Below are positions 7,885 to 17,000 of a DNA stretch of 64,000 bases, piece after piece. Source of the stretch: an uncultured Hyphomicrobiales bacterium (GTDB taxonomy: Bacteria > Bacteroidota > Ignavibacteria > Kapaibacteriales > UBA2268); contig CAZEMR010000001.1 in NCBI GenBank assembly GCA_964513465.1, positions 377 to 64,376 of the forward strand. The letters are read 5' to 3'. Below the pieces are notes generated by a model. The model was given only the letters and a program-made list of their open reading frames with translations, had not been told where the DNA came from and ran no database searches. Both the position numbers and the translations under genes were made by a program. Within the stretch, counting starts at the first letter, position 1; every line of letters begins with the position of its first letter.

Positions 7885-10089
7885 TTAATATTCCTTGAAA
7901 TACTGATAGCGGAAGTCTTCGATATCGGCTTCTTCCTTGGCATTGGAGAACCACTGATAGAACACTCCTCCGCGCTGGCTGCCAAGCAGGGTCTGATAGA
8001 AATGCGGCAGCTCCTGTGCAATCTGATCATCAGAGGGTTTGCTCTGATCGGCAACCCGGATGATATAATAACCGCGCTCTCCGCGAATCGGGCCGGTGAG
8101 CTGACCGATAGGGGCTTTGAGAGCTGCGGCAGCAAGGGCTGCGTCGGCGCCCATGCCGGCCACACTGCCGTCGCCTTTGATTTCGACGCCGGATTTAACC
8201 TGAGCAAGCGGATTAAAATTGCTTGCAGCTCCGAGGCTGTCTGCGCCTGTGAGTTTATTATATAGTTCTTTTGCCTGGGGCTCGAGCACGTCGAGCTTTT
8301 TGGCCACTCCGAGCTGCTGGCGGATGCGGGAGGCCACGTCTTCCATCGGTGCGATGCCTGCTTTGCGTTCGCCGGCAACCTTGACCACCACGAGTCCGTA
8401 ATGCTCAACTTCCTGAGGATCGAGGACTGTGCCGAGTTCGTTGTTGAATATCAGGTCGGTCAGATAGCGCGAACCGAGCACCGGACGTTTCTTTTCGAAG
8501 AAGGGGGTGGCCATGTGGCGATACCCAAGTTTCTCGGCCAGGCCTTCGAAATTCTCGCCTTCCTCGATCTGCTTTTTAAACGAAAATGCGTCACGGAAAA
8601 GTTTATTACGCGTAATTGTGCTCATAGTCGGCGCAATTTTTATCTGGCTGTATTTGATCTCGGTGCTTTGGCGGTTTTCGACTTTGATGATGTGATAGCC
8701 GAACTGAGTTTCGACCGGGCCGGTTATTTCGCCGGGCTTAGCGGCAAAAGCAGCGTCGTTGAACGGCTGTACCATTTCGCCTTCGCTGAACCAGCCAAGG
8801 TCGCCTCCGCGCGCCGCCGAGCCGGGATCCTGCGAATATTCGGAAGCAAGTGTTGCAAAGTCTTCGCCTGCCTTGGCTTTGCGGAGCACGTCTTTGGTGA
8901 CCGCTAGCGCGCTGTCTTTGTCATTGCCAAAACGAATAAGTATATGGCTGGCCTTCACAGCAGGAGCGTCGCCGTCGCGGCGAGCATCCAGGCGGAAGAA
9001 ATAGGTGCCGTCGCGCAATGTGATCGGACCGAGCACTTCGCGCGGTTCCATATCCATCAGATATAGCGACATATTCCTATCCAGATCCTTGATCAAAGTG
9101 AAATCGAAGGACTGGCCGCCGTATTCGCTGACCTTGATGTCGAAAACGCTGTCGCGTACGTTGACGTCTTTATCTTTCAGATCGTCATAAATACGCTGGA
9201 TGCGTTTTACGGCACGGGCGGAATCATCCCCCGAGGGCTCTATCGGAATCGATATATATTTAATCTGACGCTGCGGCTTCTGTTTGAAATTCTGTTTGTT
9301 TTCATCGTAATACTTCTTTACTTCCTGGTCGGTCACATTGATTTCGTCGTCTGTGACTTTATTGACCGGAAGAAATACCATATCGCCGGTGGCTTTGCTG
9401 TTTGTGGCGATATACTGCATTCTGGCGAATGTAGGCGAGATAATACGACCTGCCGAATTGACCATATTGGTCACATTATTCGAAAGAAGCTGTTTGCGAA
9501 GGTAATTCTCGACCATAATGAGGTCCTGACGGAACTGCTCAACAGCCTCGCGTCGCTCTTCCGGAGAAATCTGAGATGGATCCTCGCCCATATAATTAAC
9601 AAGATTATCCGGGTTGGTTACCAGATCGTAATAAAGCTGGCGATTGAACCGGCCGGCTGAATCGGAAAATGCGCGCCGCAGATAATCGGGCGGGTTGTCC
9701 AGTATCTGGCGTGCAACCATCTCGTCGGTAATCACGATGCCGTTATCATCGGCGAGCTGACGCAGAAGCAACTGGTCGACAAGCTCGTTCCAGACATCGT
9801 CGCGAATCTGTTTTTCGTCGATCGGCTGGTCGGGATCTTTCTGCATTGCCTTCTGCTGTTCGATCCTTTCCTTAACCATATCTTCGTAATCCTTATAGGA
9901 AATCTCTTCGCCGTTGACAGTGCCAATAGCGATATTCTGAGCGGTCTTGCGGCCTGTCAGGCCGTCTACCACAGTCTGGTCGCCGATAGTAAAAAACGCT
10001 ACAAGCATAACGGCAAAGAAGCCGAATGCGTAGGGCGATATCTGACGAATTCGTTCGAATGTGCCAACTCTTCTTTTCTGTTTAGCCAT
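7885..10089 (-). CDS. ppiD: periplasmic chaperone / peptidyl-prolyl isomerase PpiD-like (SurA-N plus parvulin domain)
   Basis: 734 aa from ATG 10089; N-terminal membrane anchor FGFFAVMLVAFFTI, parvulin motif ASHILI...GGDLGWFSEGEMVQPFNDAAF...GPVETQFGYHIIKV. Confidence 0.75.
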   Translation of the reverse strand: MAKQKRRVGTFERIRQISPYAFGFFAVMLVAFFTIGDQTVVDGLTGRKTAQNIAIGTVNGEEISYKDYEDMVKERIEQQKAMQKDPDQPIDEKQIRDDVWNELVDQLLLRQLADDNGIVITDEMVARQILDNPPDYLRRAFSDSAGRFNRQLYYDLVTNPDNLVNYMGEDPSQISPEERREAVEQFRQDLIMVENYLRKQLLSNNVTNMVNSAGRIISPTFARMQYIATNSKATGDMVFLPVNKVTDDEINVTDQEVKKYYDENKQNFKQKPQRQIKYISIPIEPSGDDSARAVKRIQRIYDDLKDKDVNVRDSVFDIKVSEYGGQSFDFTLIKDLDRNMSLYLMDMEPREVLGPITLRDGTYFFRLDARRDGDAPAVKASHILIRFGNDKDSALAVTKDVLRKAKAGEDFATLASEYSQDPGSAARGGDLGWFSEGEMVQPFNDAAFAAKPGEITGPVETQFGYHIIKVENRQSTEIKYSQIKIAPTMSTITRNKLFRDAFSFKKQIEEGENFEGLAEKLGYRHMATPFFEKKRPVLGSRYLTDLIFNNELGTVLDPQEVEHYGLVVVKVAGERKAGIAPMEDVASRIRQQLGVAKKLDVLEPQAKELYNKLTGADSLGAASNFNPLAQVKSGVEIKGDGSVAGMGADAALAAAALKAPIGQLTGPIRGERGYYIIRVADQSKPSDDQIAQELPHFYQTLLGSQRGGVFYQWFSNAKEEADIEDFRYQYFKEY

Positions 10090-10334
10090 CTGAAAAATCA
10101 CTCCGGATATTTATTAAAACTTCTATGTGTGTTCACTGATTAAGTATTAAACCAAGATAACAAAATTAAATTCTTTTCGGCATTTTTCCAATTTCTTTTG
10201 TTAACATTGACTAAATTATTAAACGAAATTGACTTAGCAGTGCCGATTCTGCCAAATATAAATATATATTAACGGATTAAACAAAAACAAATTATTCGGA
10301 TATATTTAGTCCTGTTTCAATTTTTTAAAAATAT

Positions 10335-10364
10335 TTGCAAAAAACTTACGTATTTTCTCATAAT
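10335..10364 (+). promoter_or_regulatory. candidate sigma70-type promoter for the MBL-Rieske-queG string
   Basis: TTGCAA (10335-10340), 17-18 nt spacer, then TCATAAT (10358-10364); about 30 nt upstream of ATG 10394. Pattern match only. Confidence 0.35.
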
Positions 10365-10393
10365 ACCCGTCTTTTCATTTCATGGAGTAATCA

Positions 10394-11257
10394 ATGAATT
10401 TTGGTAAATTTAATATAGACATCGTCGATACCGGCATTTTCGGTCTCGACGGAGGTTCGATGTTCGGAGTTGTGCCCAAAGTTATGTGGGCGCGCGCGTA
10501 CGACGCTGGCGACGAGATGAACCGAATACCGCTATCTGCCCGCCCAATGCTTGTCCGGTGGGACGACCGAATTATGCTGGTCGATACCGGCAATGGCAAC
10601 AAAATGAGCGATAAATTCGCATCCATATATAAAATTAATAAGGAGAAATCCTCGATCGAATCCGCTCTGCGGCCATTCGGAGTCGCGCCGGAGGACGTCA
10701 CGGACGTGCTTTTGACTCATCTGCATTTCGACCACGCCGGCGGAGCAACGGTTATACGCAACAGCGAAGCAGTGCCGACCTTCCCGAATGCGAAATATTA
10801 CGTCCAGAAAGATCAGCTCCGCTGGGCTGAATCGCCAACCGAAAAGGATCGCGCCTCGTATATCGAACAGGATTTCCGCCCGCTGATCGAGAGCGGCCGC
10901 CTCGAAACAATCGACGGCGAAGGCGAGCTGTTCCCGGGTATCAGCGTAGTCCCGGTATTCGGCCACACAAAAGCCATGCAGGTAGTCAAAATTGACGACG
11001 GCGACAACCGCCTGCTCTACTGCGCGGACGTTTGCCCGACATCGGCCCATCTGCATATCCCATTCGTGATGGGCTACGACAACCGCCCGCTTACGGCAAT
11101 TGAAGAGAAAAAGAAATTCCTGCCCGAAGCAGCCGAAGAGGGGCGCATACTCGTATTCGAACACGACGCTTTCATGCAGGCCGGGCGCATCCGAATGGGC
11201 AAAAAAGGATACGAAATCTCCGAAAAAATTGATCTGACTGATTTCGAAGCGAAATGA
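10394..11257 (+). CDS. MBL-fold metallo-hydrolase
   Basis: 287 aa; THLHFDHAGG metal motif and later FGHT and EHD ligand positions. Confidence 0.8.
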   Translation: MNFGKFNIDIVDTGIFGLDGGSMFGVVPKVMWARAYDAGDEMNRIPLSARPMLVRWDDRIMLVDTGNGNKMSDKFASIYKINKEKSSIESALRPFGVAPEDVTDVLLTHLHFDHAGGATVIRNSEAVPTFPNAKYYVQKDQLRWAESPTEKDRASYIEQDFRPLIESGRLETIDGEGELFPGISVVPVFGHTKAMQVVKIDDGDNRLLYCADVCPTSAHLHIPFVMGYDNRPLTAIEEKKKFLPEAAEEGRILVFEHDAFMQAGRIRMGKKGYEISEKIDLTDFEAK

Positions 11258-11637
11258 GCGATAAGATAATTGAAATAAATAATACAAAATACCGACAGGC
11301 ATGCCGCTCCGATGAGCTCCGAGAGGGCGCCGGAATGGCCGTCGGATCGGACAAGGCATTTTCGCCGGGGTGGGCATTGTTCAGGCATAATGGCGAGCTG
11401 TATTGCTTCGAGAATAATTGTCCGCACCGCCACAGCAATCTGCTGCACAAAGGCCTTCTGAAGGTCGGAGTGCTGACATGCCCGCTGCACGGCTGGGAAT
11501 TCGATCTCGAAAGCGGCGCAAACGTTAGCGGCGACGGCACACGCGGCATCCGAAAAATTAAAGCTGTCGAATTTGAAGGATTTATTTATATTGAAGTAAT
11601 CGAGGAGAGCCGCCCCAAATGGATGCAGCAGCGCTGA
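11254..11637 (+). CDS. small Rieske [2Fe-2S] protein (NirD-like)
   Basis: 127 aa; Rieske ligands CPHRH-x15-CPLHGWEF (17 residues between the first His and second Cys); ATGA start/stop overlap with the MBL gene. Confidence 0.8.
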   Translation: MSDKIIEINNTKYRQACRSDELREGAGMAVGSDKAFSPGWALFRHNGELYCFENNCPHRHSNLLHKGLLKVGVLTCPLHGWEFDLESGANVSGDGTRGIRKIKAVEFEGFIYIEVIEESRPKWMQQR

Positions 11638-12560
11638 AGAATACCATCCGCGAAACTGCGCATGGCGAGGGCTTTTTCGATGTCCGGGTCGCGCGGGTGG
11701 AGCTGATAGAGAGCGAATTTCGCAAATATATATATTGGGTCGCCCGCCGAATGCACGCGGATATGGCCTGGATGGCACGCAATTTCGAACGCCGCCGCAA
11801 TCCCGGAAATATCCTGGCCGGCGCGCGCAGCATGATCATGCTCGGTATGGATTATTTTGCCGGCAATCATTCGGAAGACTGCGCCGATGGCAAGATATCG
11901 CGATATGCGTGGGGCACGGATTATCACGACATAATGCTGCCAAGATTAAAAAAAATTGCACGAAAAATCAAAGAAATCAGCGGCGCAGAATCCCGGTGCT
12001 ATGTCGATACCGGTCCGGTATTAGAGCGCGCCTGGGCCGTTCGCGCAGGACTCGGCTGGCAGGGGCGCAACGGATGTATTATCAATAAAAAATTCGGCTC
12101 ATGGTTTTTTATAGGCACGATCATCACAACTGCGGATCTGCCCGCGGACGCACCAGCGCGCGAGCACTGCGGAAGCTGCCGAAGATGTATCGACGCATGC
12201 CCGACCGCGGCAATCGTCGCGCCCGGAGTGGTGGATTCCCGCAAATGTATCGCCTACTGGACGGTCGAAGCCAATGCGCCGCGCGAATTCCCGGAACTCG
12301 TCGCAAATCATCTGAGCGGCTGGGGATTCGGCTGCGATATTTGCCAGCAGGTCTGCCCCTGGAACAAAAAGCGGAAGGAAATCACCCCCGAATCTCAATT
12401 TCACCCGAGAAAAGGGGAGATGTGTTTGTCAAAAAAAAATATATTTGATATGGATGAGGATGCATTCCGGGGGCGCTTCCGGAAAAGCCCGATAAAAAAG
12501 CTGAAGCTTGCGGGGATTAAAAGAAATTTCTCATATTTCGGGCATACGGAATCGCTCTAA
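11619..12560 (+). CDS. queG: tRNA epoxyqueuosine(34) reductase
   Basis: 313 aa; ISRYAWGTDYHD, GWQGRNGCIINKKFGSWFFIG, ferredoxin-type motifs CGSCRRCIDACP and CDICQQVCPWN; start overlaps the Rieske gene by 19 nt. Confidence 0.85.
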   Translation: MDAAALKNTIRETAHGEGFFDVRVARVELIESEFRKYIYWVARRMHADMAWMARNFERRRNPGNILAGARSMIMLGMDYFAGNHSEDCADGKISRYAWGTDYHDIMLPRLKKIARKIKEISGAESRCYVDTGPVLERAWAVRAGLGWQGRNGCIINKKFGSWFFIGTIITTADLPADAPAREHCGSCRRCIDACPTAAIVAPGVVDSRKCIAYWTVEANAPREFPELVANHLSGWGFGCDICQQVCPWNKKRKEITPESQFHPRKGEMCLSKKNIFDMDEDAFRGRFRKSPIKKLKLAGIKRNFSYFGHTESL

Positions 12561-12584
12561 ATTATTGAGCAGCCTTATTCGTTG

Positions 12585-12616
12585 TATATTACTCCAGAGT
12601 AATATAGTTTGTTTTC
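12585..12616 (+). terminator. AT-rich hairpin plus T-rich tail between queG and trxB (weak terminator or attenuator)
   Basis: Perfect 9-bp stem TATATTACT / AGTAATATA with 4-nt loop (12585-12606), followed by GTTTGTTTTC. Confidence 0.4.
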
Positions 12617-12640
12617 ATAAATCGAAACAAAGAGGAAAAA

Positions 12641-13594
12641 ATGGTTCAACATCACGATCTTATTATCATCGGCTCAGGCCCGGCGGGGTTCACCGCAGGG
12701 ATTTACGGCAGCCGCGCAAATCTGAACACAGTTATCTTCGAGGGCACCCAGCCGGGCGGGCAGCTCACGATCACCACAGAAGTCGAAAACTATCCCGGAT
12801 TTGCCGATGGCATCCAGGGCCCGGAAATGATGGACGTATTCCGCCGCCAGGCCCAGAAATTCGGCGCGCAGTCGCGCTACGAAACCGTTTCGAAAGTTGA
12901 TTTCTCCAAACGCCCATTCCATATATGGACCGACCCTGGCAAGGAATACACAGCAGAAGTAGTTATTATCTCCACCGGCGCTACAGCCCGCCGTCTGGGC
13001 ATTGAAAGCGAACAGAAATACTGGGGCCATGGCATCTCGGCCTGCGCTACCTGCGACGGATTCTTTTATAGAAATAAAAAGGTCTTCGTGGTCGGCGGAG
13101 GCGATTCGGCGATGGAAGAGGCCAATTACCTGACGCATTTTGCCACATCGGTCACCATACTCCACCGCCGCGAGGAATTCCGCGCGTCGAGAATAATGAT
13201 TGACCGCGCAAAGGAAAATCCCAAAATTGATTTCAAACTCAACACAGTAATCGATGAATTTATGGGCGAGGAAACCACTGGCATTCCGAATCTGGAAAAT
13301 ATCAGAATAAAAAATACACAGACAGGCGAAACGGAAGTTCTCGAAGCCGACGGCGTATTTCTCGCTATCGGACACATCCCGAATACGAATATTTTCAAAG
13401 GGATCATTGATATGGACGAAGAGGGCTATATCAAAACAGAGGGTAAATCGACCTATACCGACGTGCCGGGCGTATTTGCCGCGGGCGATGTGCAGGACAA
13501 AACCTACCGTCAGGCTATTACAGCCGCCGGAAGCGGATGCGCAGCCGCAATTGATGCCGAGCGCTGGATGGCGGAGCACCCCCTCAAAAAATGA
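12641..13594 (+). CDS. trxB: thioredoxin-disulfide reductase
   Basis: 317 aa; GSGPAG FAD motif, redox-active CATCDG, GGGDSAMEEA NADPH motif, GVFAAGDV. Confidence 0.9.
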   Translation: MVQHHDLIIIGSGPAGFTAGIYGSRANLNTVIFEGTQPGGQLTITTEVENYPGFADGIQGPEMMDVFRRQAQKFGAQSRYETVSKVDFSKRPFHIWTDPGKEYTAEVVIISTGATARRLGIESEQKYWGHGISACATCDGFFYRNKKVFVVGGGDSAMEEANYLTHFATSVTILHRREEFRASRIMIDRAKENPKIDFKLNTVIDEFMGEETTGIPNLENIRIKNTQTGETEVLEADGVFLAIGHIPNTNIFKGIIDMDEEGYIKTEGKSTYTDVPGVFAAGDVQDKTYRQAITAAGSGCAAAIDAERWMAEHPLKK

Positions 13595-13615
13595 TATATA
13601 TTTACAGTATTTCAG

Positions 13616-13650
13616 GCCGTCTCCGGATTTGCGGGGGCGGCTTTTTTATT
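13616..13650 (+). terminator. rho-independent terminator of trxB
   Basis: 10-bp stem GCCGTCTCCG / CGGGGGCGGC (two G-U pairs), 6-nt loop, then TTTTTTATT; the T-tract overlaps the stop of the convergent gene. Confidence 0.7.
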
Positions 13651-15532
13651 CTACTTCGAAGTCGATATCGTATTGCTTGCCGAGGGTAGTCGCTTTGTCG
13701 CGGGCTTCCTCGATAGTCGAATATCCCCACAGCTTCACGCGATAGATCGGGATATTATTTTTCAAATATCTCTCATAATACGCATTGAATCCTTTGGCTT
13801 CCCATTTTTCCACCTCGCGAAGCGCGGCGGTTTCCGTCCATTCCTTTTCGGCAATAATTTCGAAAGGCTTCTGGCTGGGGTCGAGCCACCGGATCTCTAC
13901 GCGGCGGTTGTAGTATTGCTGCCAGGGGATTTGCTGCAGGTAGTATATGGGCTTGTTTGCGCCTTCGCCGCGGACATATATCCGTTCGGGCGAAATGCCC
14001 ATATCGACCAGTTGCCGTTTGACTGATTCGGCACGTTTAATCGAAAACATCATATTCAGCTCGGAATTGCCCTCAATGCTGCTATGTCCGATGAGTTCCA
14101 CGTCGAAAGTGGGATTATCTTCAAGTGTCCGCCCGAGTGATTCGATTAGCGGGATAAATTCATCGGCAACTGTAGTATCGCGGTATCCGAATGCTGCGAC
14201 CGCCTGATACTGGCTGTATTGCGGAATAGGATCTCTGTAGATATTTATATTATCGGAGATCACATTGCTTCCGGCGATAGCGGAGATTTCCGATTTGGAG
14301 ATACGGCATTTCTCGAAATCCGCATCCTTTGGAGCTATGTTTACCTGATAATTTGCGCGCTGAGCAAATACGATTTCGCGGATAATCGGATAAATATCCT
14401 GAACGTCTTCGTCAAGCACATTATAATACCTGCCGCCGGTATAACCAGTCAGAAATTTCAGCGAATAGCTGTTGATTGCGCTGCCAACGGCGATAACGTA
14501 TACCGGCACATCCATTTCGCGAGCGAGTTTGGCTACGTCCGCAGCATCATAAATCAGCGAGGCATTATCCTGGCTGAATGTTATTATTATTAATAAATTC
14601 GATTCCTGAACCCCATCGGTCGACATATCCCGAAGAGCATTATATCCGGCGCGATACATACCTGTCAGCCCCGATGGCTCGGGGATTTCCCTGTCGTGCA
14701 GTAATAATGCCGCACGCCCGGCATGGCTCTGCTGAATTACCGGTTGATACAGGTGATTGAAATAAGCGACGCTTAACTGATCGGCCGGGTTAAGGCGATT
14801 GACATAATCTTTGATATGATCGAACGCGAGGTAATTATTATCCGCAGCCGGCGAATTATCCAGCAAAACCGAAATATTGACCGGCGCGCCGGGCATTACG
14901 AATTCTTTTTCGTCGAATTCAGGAATGGGCGAGCCCACGGTTCCGGATTTGCAGTAATGAATCGCAGACCAGGTGAGCCCGGGTTTAATAATGGAATAAT
15001 CCTGAATATAATTTCCGAATTCATCCAGAATAATTGCTTTAGCAATGAATTTTTCATCTCCGGAAGTCGGATATTTCAATTGCATGATTTTCAGATATGC
15101 AGGTTCGATATTCGCATTACCAGGTTGAATCCCTGTAAAATACCGTGAATAATCAAATGAGGTTTCGTAAATTTCTTCTTCGAGAAATTCCGGACCGGTT
15201 TTGATATCTTCCTTTTTGGGAATAACCTCGACGTTCCAGTTCTGGCGCCACATATTGGTTTCGCCGCGTTTGGCGGTAATAAAATATGCGGTTGAAGCGG
15301 ATGGGCTGACCACCAGGCTGTCCACCGGATTCAATGTATCGCGAATGCCTTCGACAATTACAATATCGGCATTTTCGAATTCCCATTTAAGTTTGGCCTG
15401 CTCGCCCTCTTCGATAATCGAATACCCTTCGAACTCTTTGACGGCGATTGGTTCGGGCGCGCAGCCAAAAAGCGCGATGGCTGCGGCCATAGCGATCATT
15501 ATAAAATTATTTTCCGGTATAACTAATTTCAT
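13646..15532 (-). CDS. lipoprotein with VWA-like, OmpA-like and SPOR-like domains
   Basis: 628 aa; lipobox IALFGC. Central VWA-like block (VNISVLLDNSPAAD...LLIIITFSQDNAS...VYVIAVGS). OmpA-like block (ELIGHSSIEGNSELNMMFSIKRAESVKRQLVDMGISPERIYVRGEGANKP...NRRVEIRW). C-terminal SPOR-like IYRVKLWGYSTIEEARDKATTLG. Confidence 0.7.
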   Translation of the reverse strand: MKLVIPENNFIMIAMAAAIALFGCAPEPIAVKEFEGYSIIEEGEQAKLKWEFENADIVIVEGIRDTLNPVDSLVVSPSASTAYFITAKRGETNMWRQNWNVEVIPKKEDIKTGPEFLEEEIYETSFDYSRYFTGIQPGNANIEPAYLKIMQLKYPTSGDEKFIAKAIILDEFGNYIQDYSIIKPGLTWSAIHYCKSGTVGSPIPEFDEKEFVMPGAPVNISVLLDNSPAADNNYLAFDHIKDYVNRLNPADQLSVAYFNHLYQPVIQQSHAGRAALLLHDREIPEPSGLTGMYRAGYNALRDMSTDGVQESNLLIIITFSQDNASLIYDAADVAKLAREMDVPVYVIAVGSAINSYSLKFLTGYTGGRYYNVLDEDVQDIYPIIREIVFAQRANYQVNIAPKDADFEKCRISKSEISAIAGSNVISDNINIYRDPIPQYSQYQAVAAFGYRDTTVADEFIPLIESLGRTLEDNPTFDVELIGHSSIEGNSELNMMFSIKRAESVKRQLVDMGISPERIYVRGEGANKPIYYLQQIPWQQYYNRRVEIRWLDPSQKPFEIIAEKEWTETAALREVEKWEAKGFNAYYERYLKNNIPIYRVKLWGYSTIEEARDKATTLGKQYDIDFEVE

Positions 15533-15552
15533 TCATTGATCCTTTGCACATA

Positions 15553-16881
15553 TTATGCTTTGGTAAATGTAAAACCTCCGGCGTCGGAGACGTCAATCCG
15601 GATGTTATCGCCTGCGGCGAATTCGCCCGAAAGCAGCCGCACGGCCAGCTGATCGCCAATATGCTTCTGAATTGCACGCTTGAGGGGGCGTGCGCCATAT
15701 TGAACGTCGTAGCCGATCTTTGCGAGCCAGTCGAGAGCCTCGCCCGAAATTTCCATGCCGATATTTTTGGCGGCCAGCTTCATGCGCAGCCTTTTTAATT
15801 GTAAATCGGCAATCTGGCGGATTTCTTTACTCATCAGCGGCTTGAACAGTATGATCTCGTCGATTCGGTTCAGAAATTCAGGTCGCATTTTTTTGCGCAG
15901 CAAATCGATTATCCGGCTGCGAACGCCTTCGAATACTTCGTCGCTGTTTTTGCCATCCATATCGGCTATGCTGTCCTGGATAAGCTCGCTTCCAAGATTC
16001 GATGTCATAATAATAATTGTATTCCGGAAGTTCACCGTACGGCCCTTGCCGTCGGTCAGCCGGCCTTCGTCGAGCACCTGAAGCAATACGTTGAATACCT
16101 CCGGATTGGCTTTCTCGATCTCGTCGAGCAGCACCACCGAATACGGATTGCGGCGCACTGCCTCGGTCAGCTGGCCGCCTTCCTCGTAGCCGACATATCC
16201 GGGGGGCGCCCCGATCAGCCGCGATACGGAGTATTTCTCCATATATTCGCTCATGTCCAGTCGGACGATATTATTCTCGTCGTCGAACAGAAATTCTGCA
16301 AGCGCGCGCGCCATCTCGGTCTTTCCAACACCTGTAGAGCCGAGAAATATGAACGATCCGATCGGGCGGTCGATGTCCTGCAGCCCGGCCCGCGAGCGGC
16401 GTATCGCGTTGGATACCGAGTGGACGGCGTCGTTCTGGTCGATCAGCCGCTTATGGATGCGGTCTTCCATATGTAATAGCTTGGTGCGCTCGGTCTCGAG
16501 CATACGCTGCACCGGGATACCTGTCCATTTAGCGACGATTTCGGCGATATCCTCTGCGTCGATTTCTTCTTTGAGCATAGCGCCGGATTTCTGCAGTTCG
16601 GCTAATTGGTCGTTGCTCTCGCGGAGACGTTTTTCCAGCTCGGGGATGCGACCGTAGCGCATTTCTGCGACTTTTTCGAGCTGTCCGTTGCGTTCGTATT
16701 CTTTGGCCTGGTTGCGGGCTTCCTCGATCTCGGCCTTATATCTTCTGATTTGGGTAATATAATCCTTTTCCTGTTGCCAGCGTTTTTTCAGGCCAGTCTG
16801 TTTCTCGCGGAGTGATTTCATCTCCTTTTCGATTTCCTCCAGCCGCGATCTGGTGGATTGTGCTGTGCTCGTATCAGCCAT
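15553..16881 (-). CDS. clpB: ClpB-family AAA+ ATPase, C-terminal half only (part of the M-domain coiled coil, NBD2 and C-terminal domain); possibly a gene remnant
   Basis: 442 aa; YGRIPELEKRL, WTGIPVQRMLETERTKLLHMEDRIHKRLIDQNDAV, SNAIRRSRAGL, Walker A GSTGVGKT, Walker B VVLLDEIEKA, GARPLKRAIQ. In-frame TAA immediately upstream of the ATG; the N-domain and NBD1 are absent. Confidence 0.8.
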   Translation of the reverse strand: MADTSTAQSTRSRLEEIEKEMKSLREKQTGLKKRWQQEKDYITQIRRYKAEIEEARNQAKEYERNGQLEKVAEMRYGRIPELEKRLRESNDQLAELQKSGAMLKEEIDAEDIAEIVAKWTGIPVQRMLETERTKLLHMEDRIHKRLIDQNDAVHSVSNAIRRSRAGLQDIDRPIGSFIFLGSTGVGKTEMARALAEFLFDDENNIVRLDMSEYMEKYSVSRLIGAPPGYVGYEEGGQLTEAVRRNPYSVVLLDEIEKANPEVFNVLLQVLDEGRLTDGKGRTVNFRNTIIIMTSNLGSELIQDSIADMDGKNSDEVFEGVRSRIIDLLRKKMRPEFLNRIDEIILFKPLMSKEIRQIADLQLKRLRMKLAAKNIGMEISGEALDWLAKIGYDVQYGARPLKRAIQKHIGDQLAVRLLSGEFAAGDNIRIDVSDAGGFTFTKA

Positions 16882-17000
16882 TTATATTAATCTGAATTAT
16901 TGAACAAAATAATTTTACATAATGGATTGCTTAGTTGTAAAATGCCTTGCAATCATTAATATAAAACGCAGATAATAGGCGATTATTTGCAGATTCGGCA

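Noticed and set aside
7824-8408. A 194 aa minus-strand ORF overlapping the 3' end of ppiD, together with the extended 347 aa start of the hpnC ORF.
   Set aside because: The translation is Ser/Pro/Ala-rich nonsense in an alternative frame of ppiD. hpnC has a sensible internal ATG at 7819 that removes the overlap.
10102-10393. The 290-bp AT-rich spacers at 10102-10393, 18708-18997, 38859-39163 and 57887-58137, screened by eye for tRNA, sRNA, riboswitch or mobile-element remnants.
   Set aside because: No cloverleaf-like, conserved riboswitch-like or terminal-inverted-repeat structures were recognised. They look like ordinary divergent promoter regions. A covariance-model scan (Rfam/Infernal, tRNAscan-SE) would be needed to exclude small RNAs.
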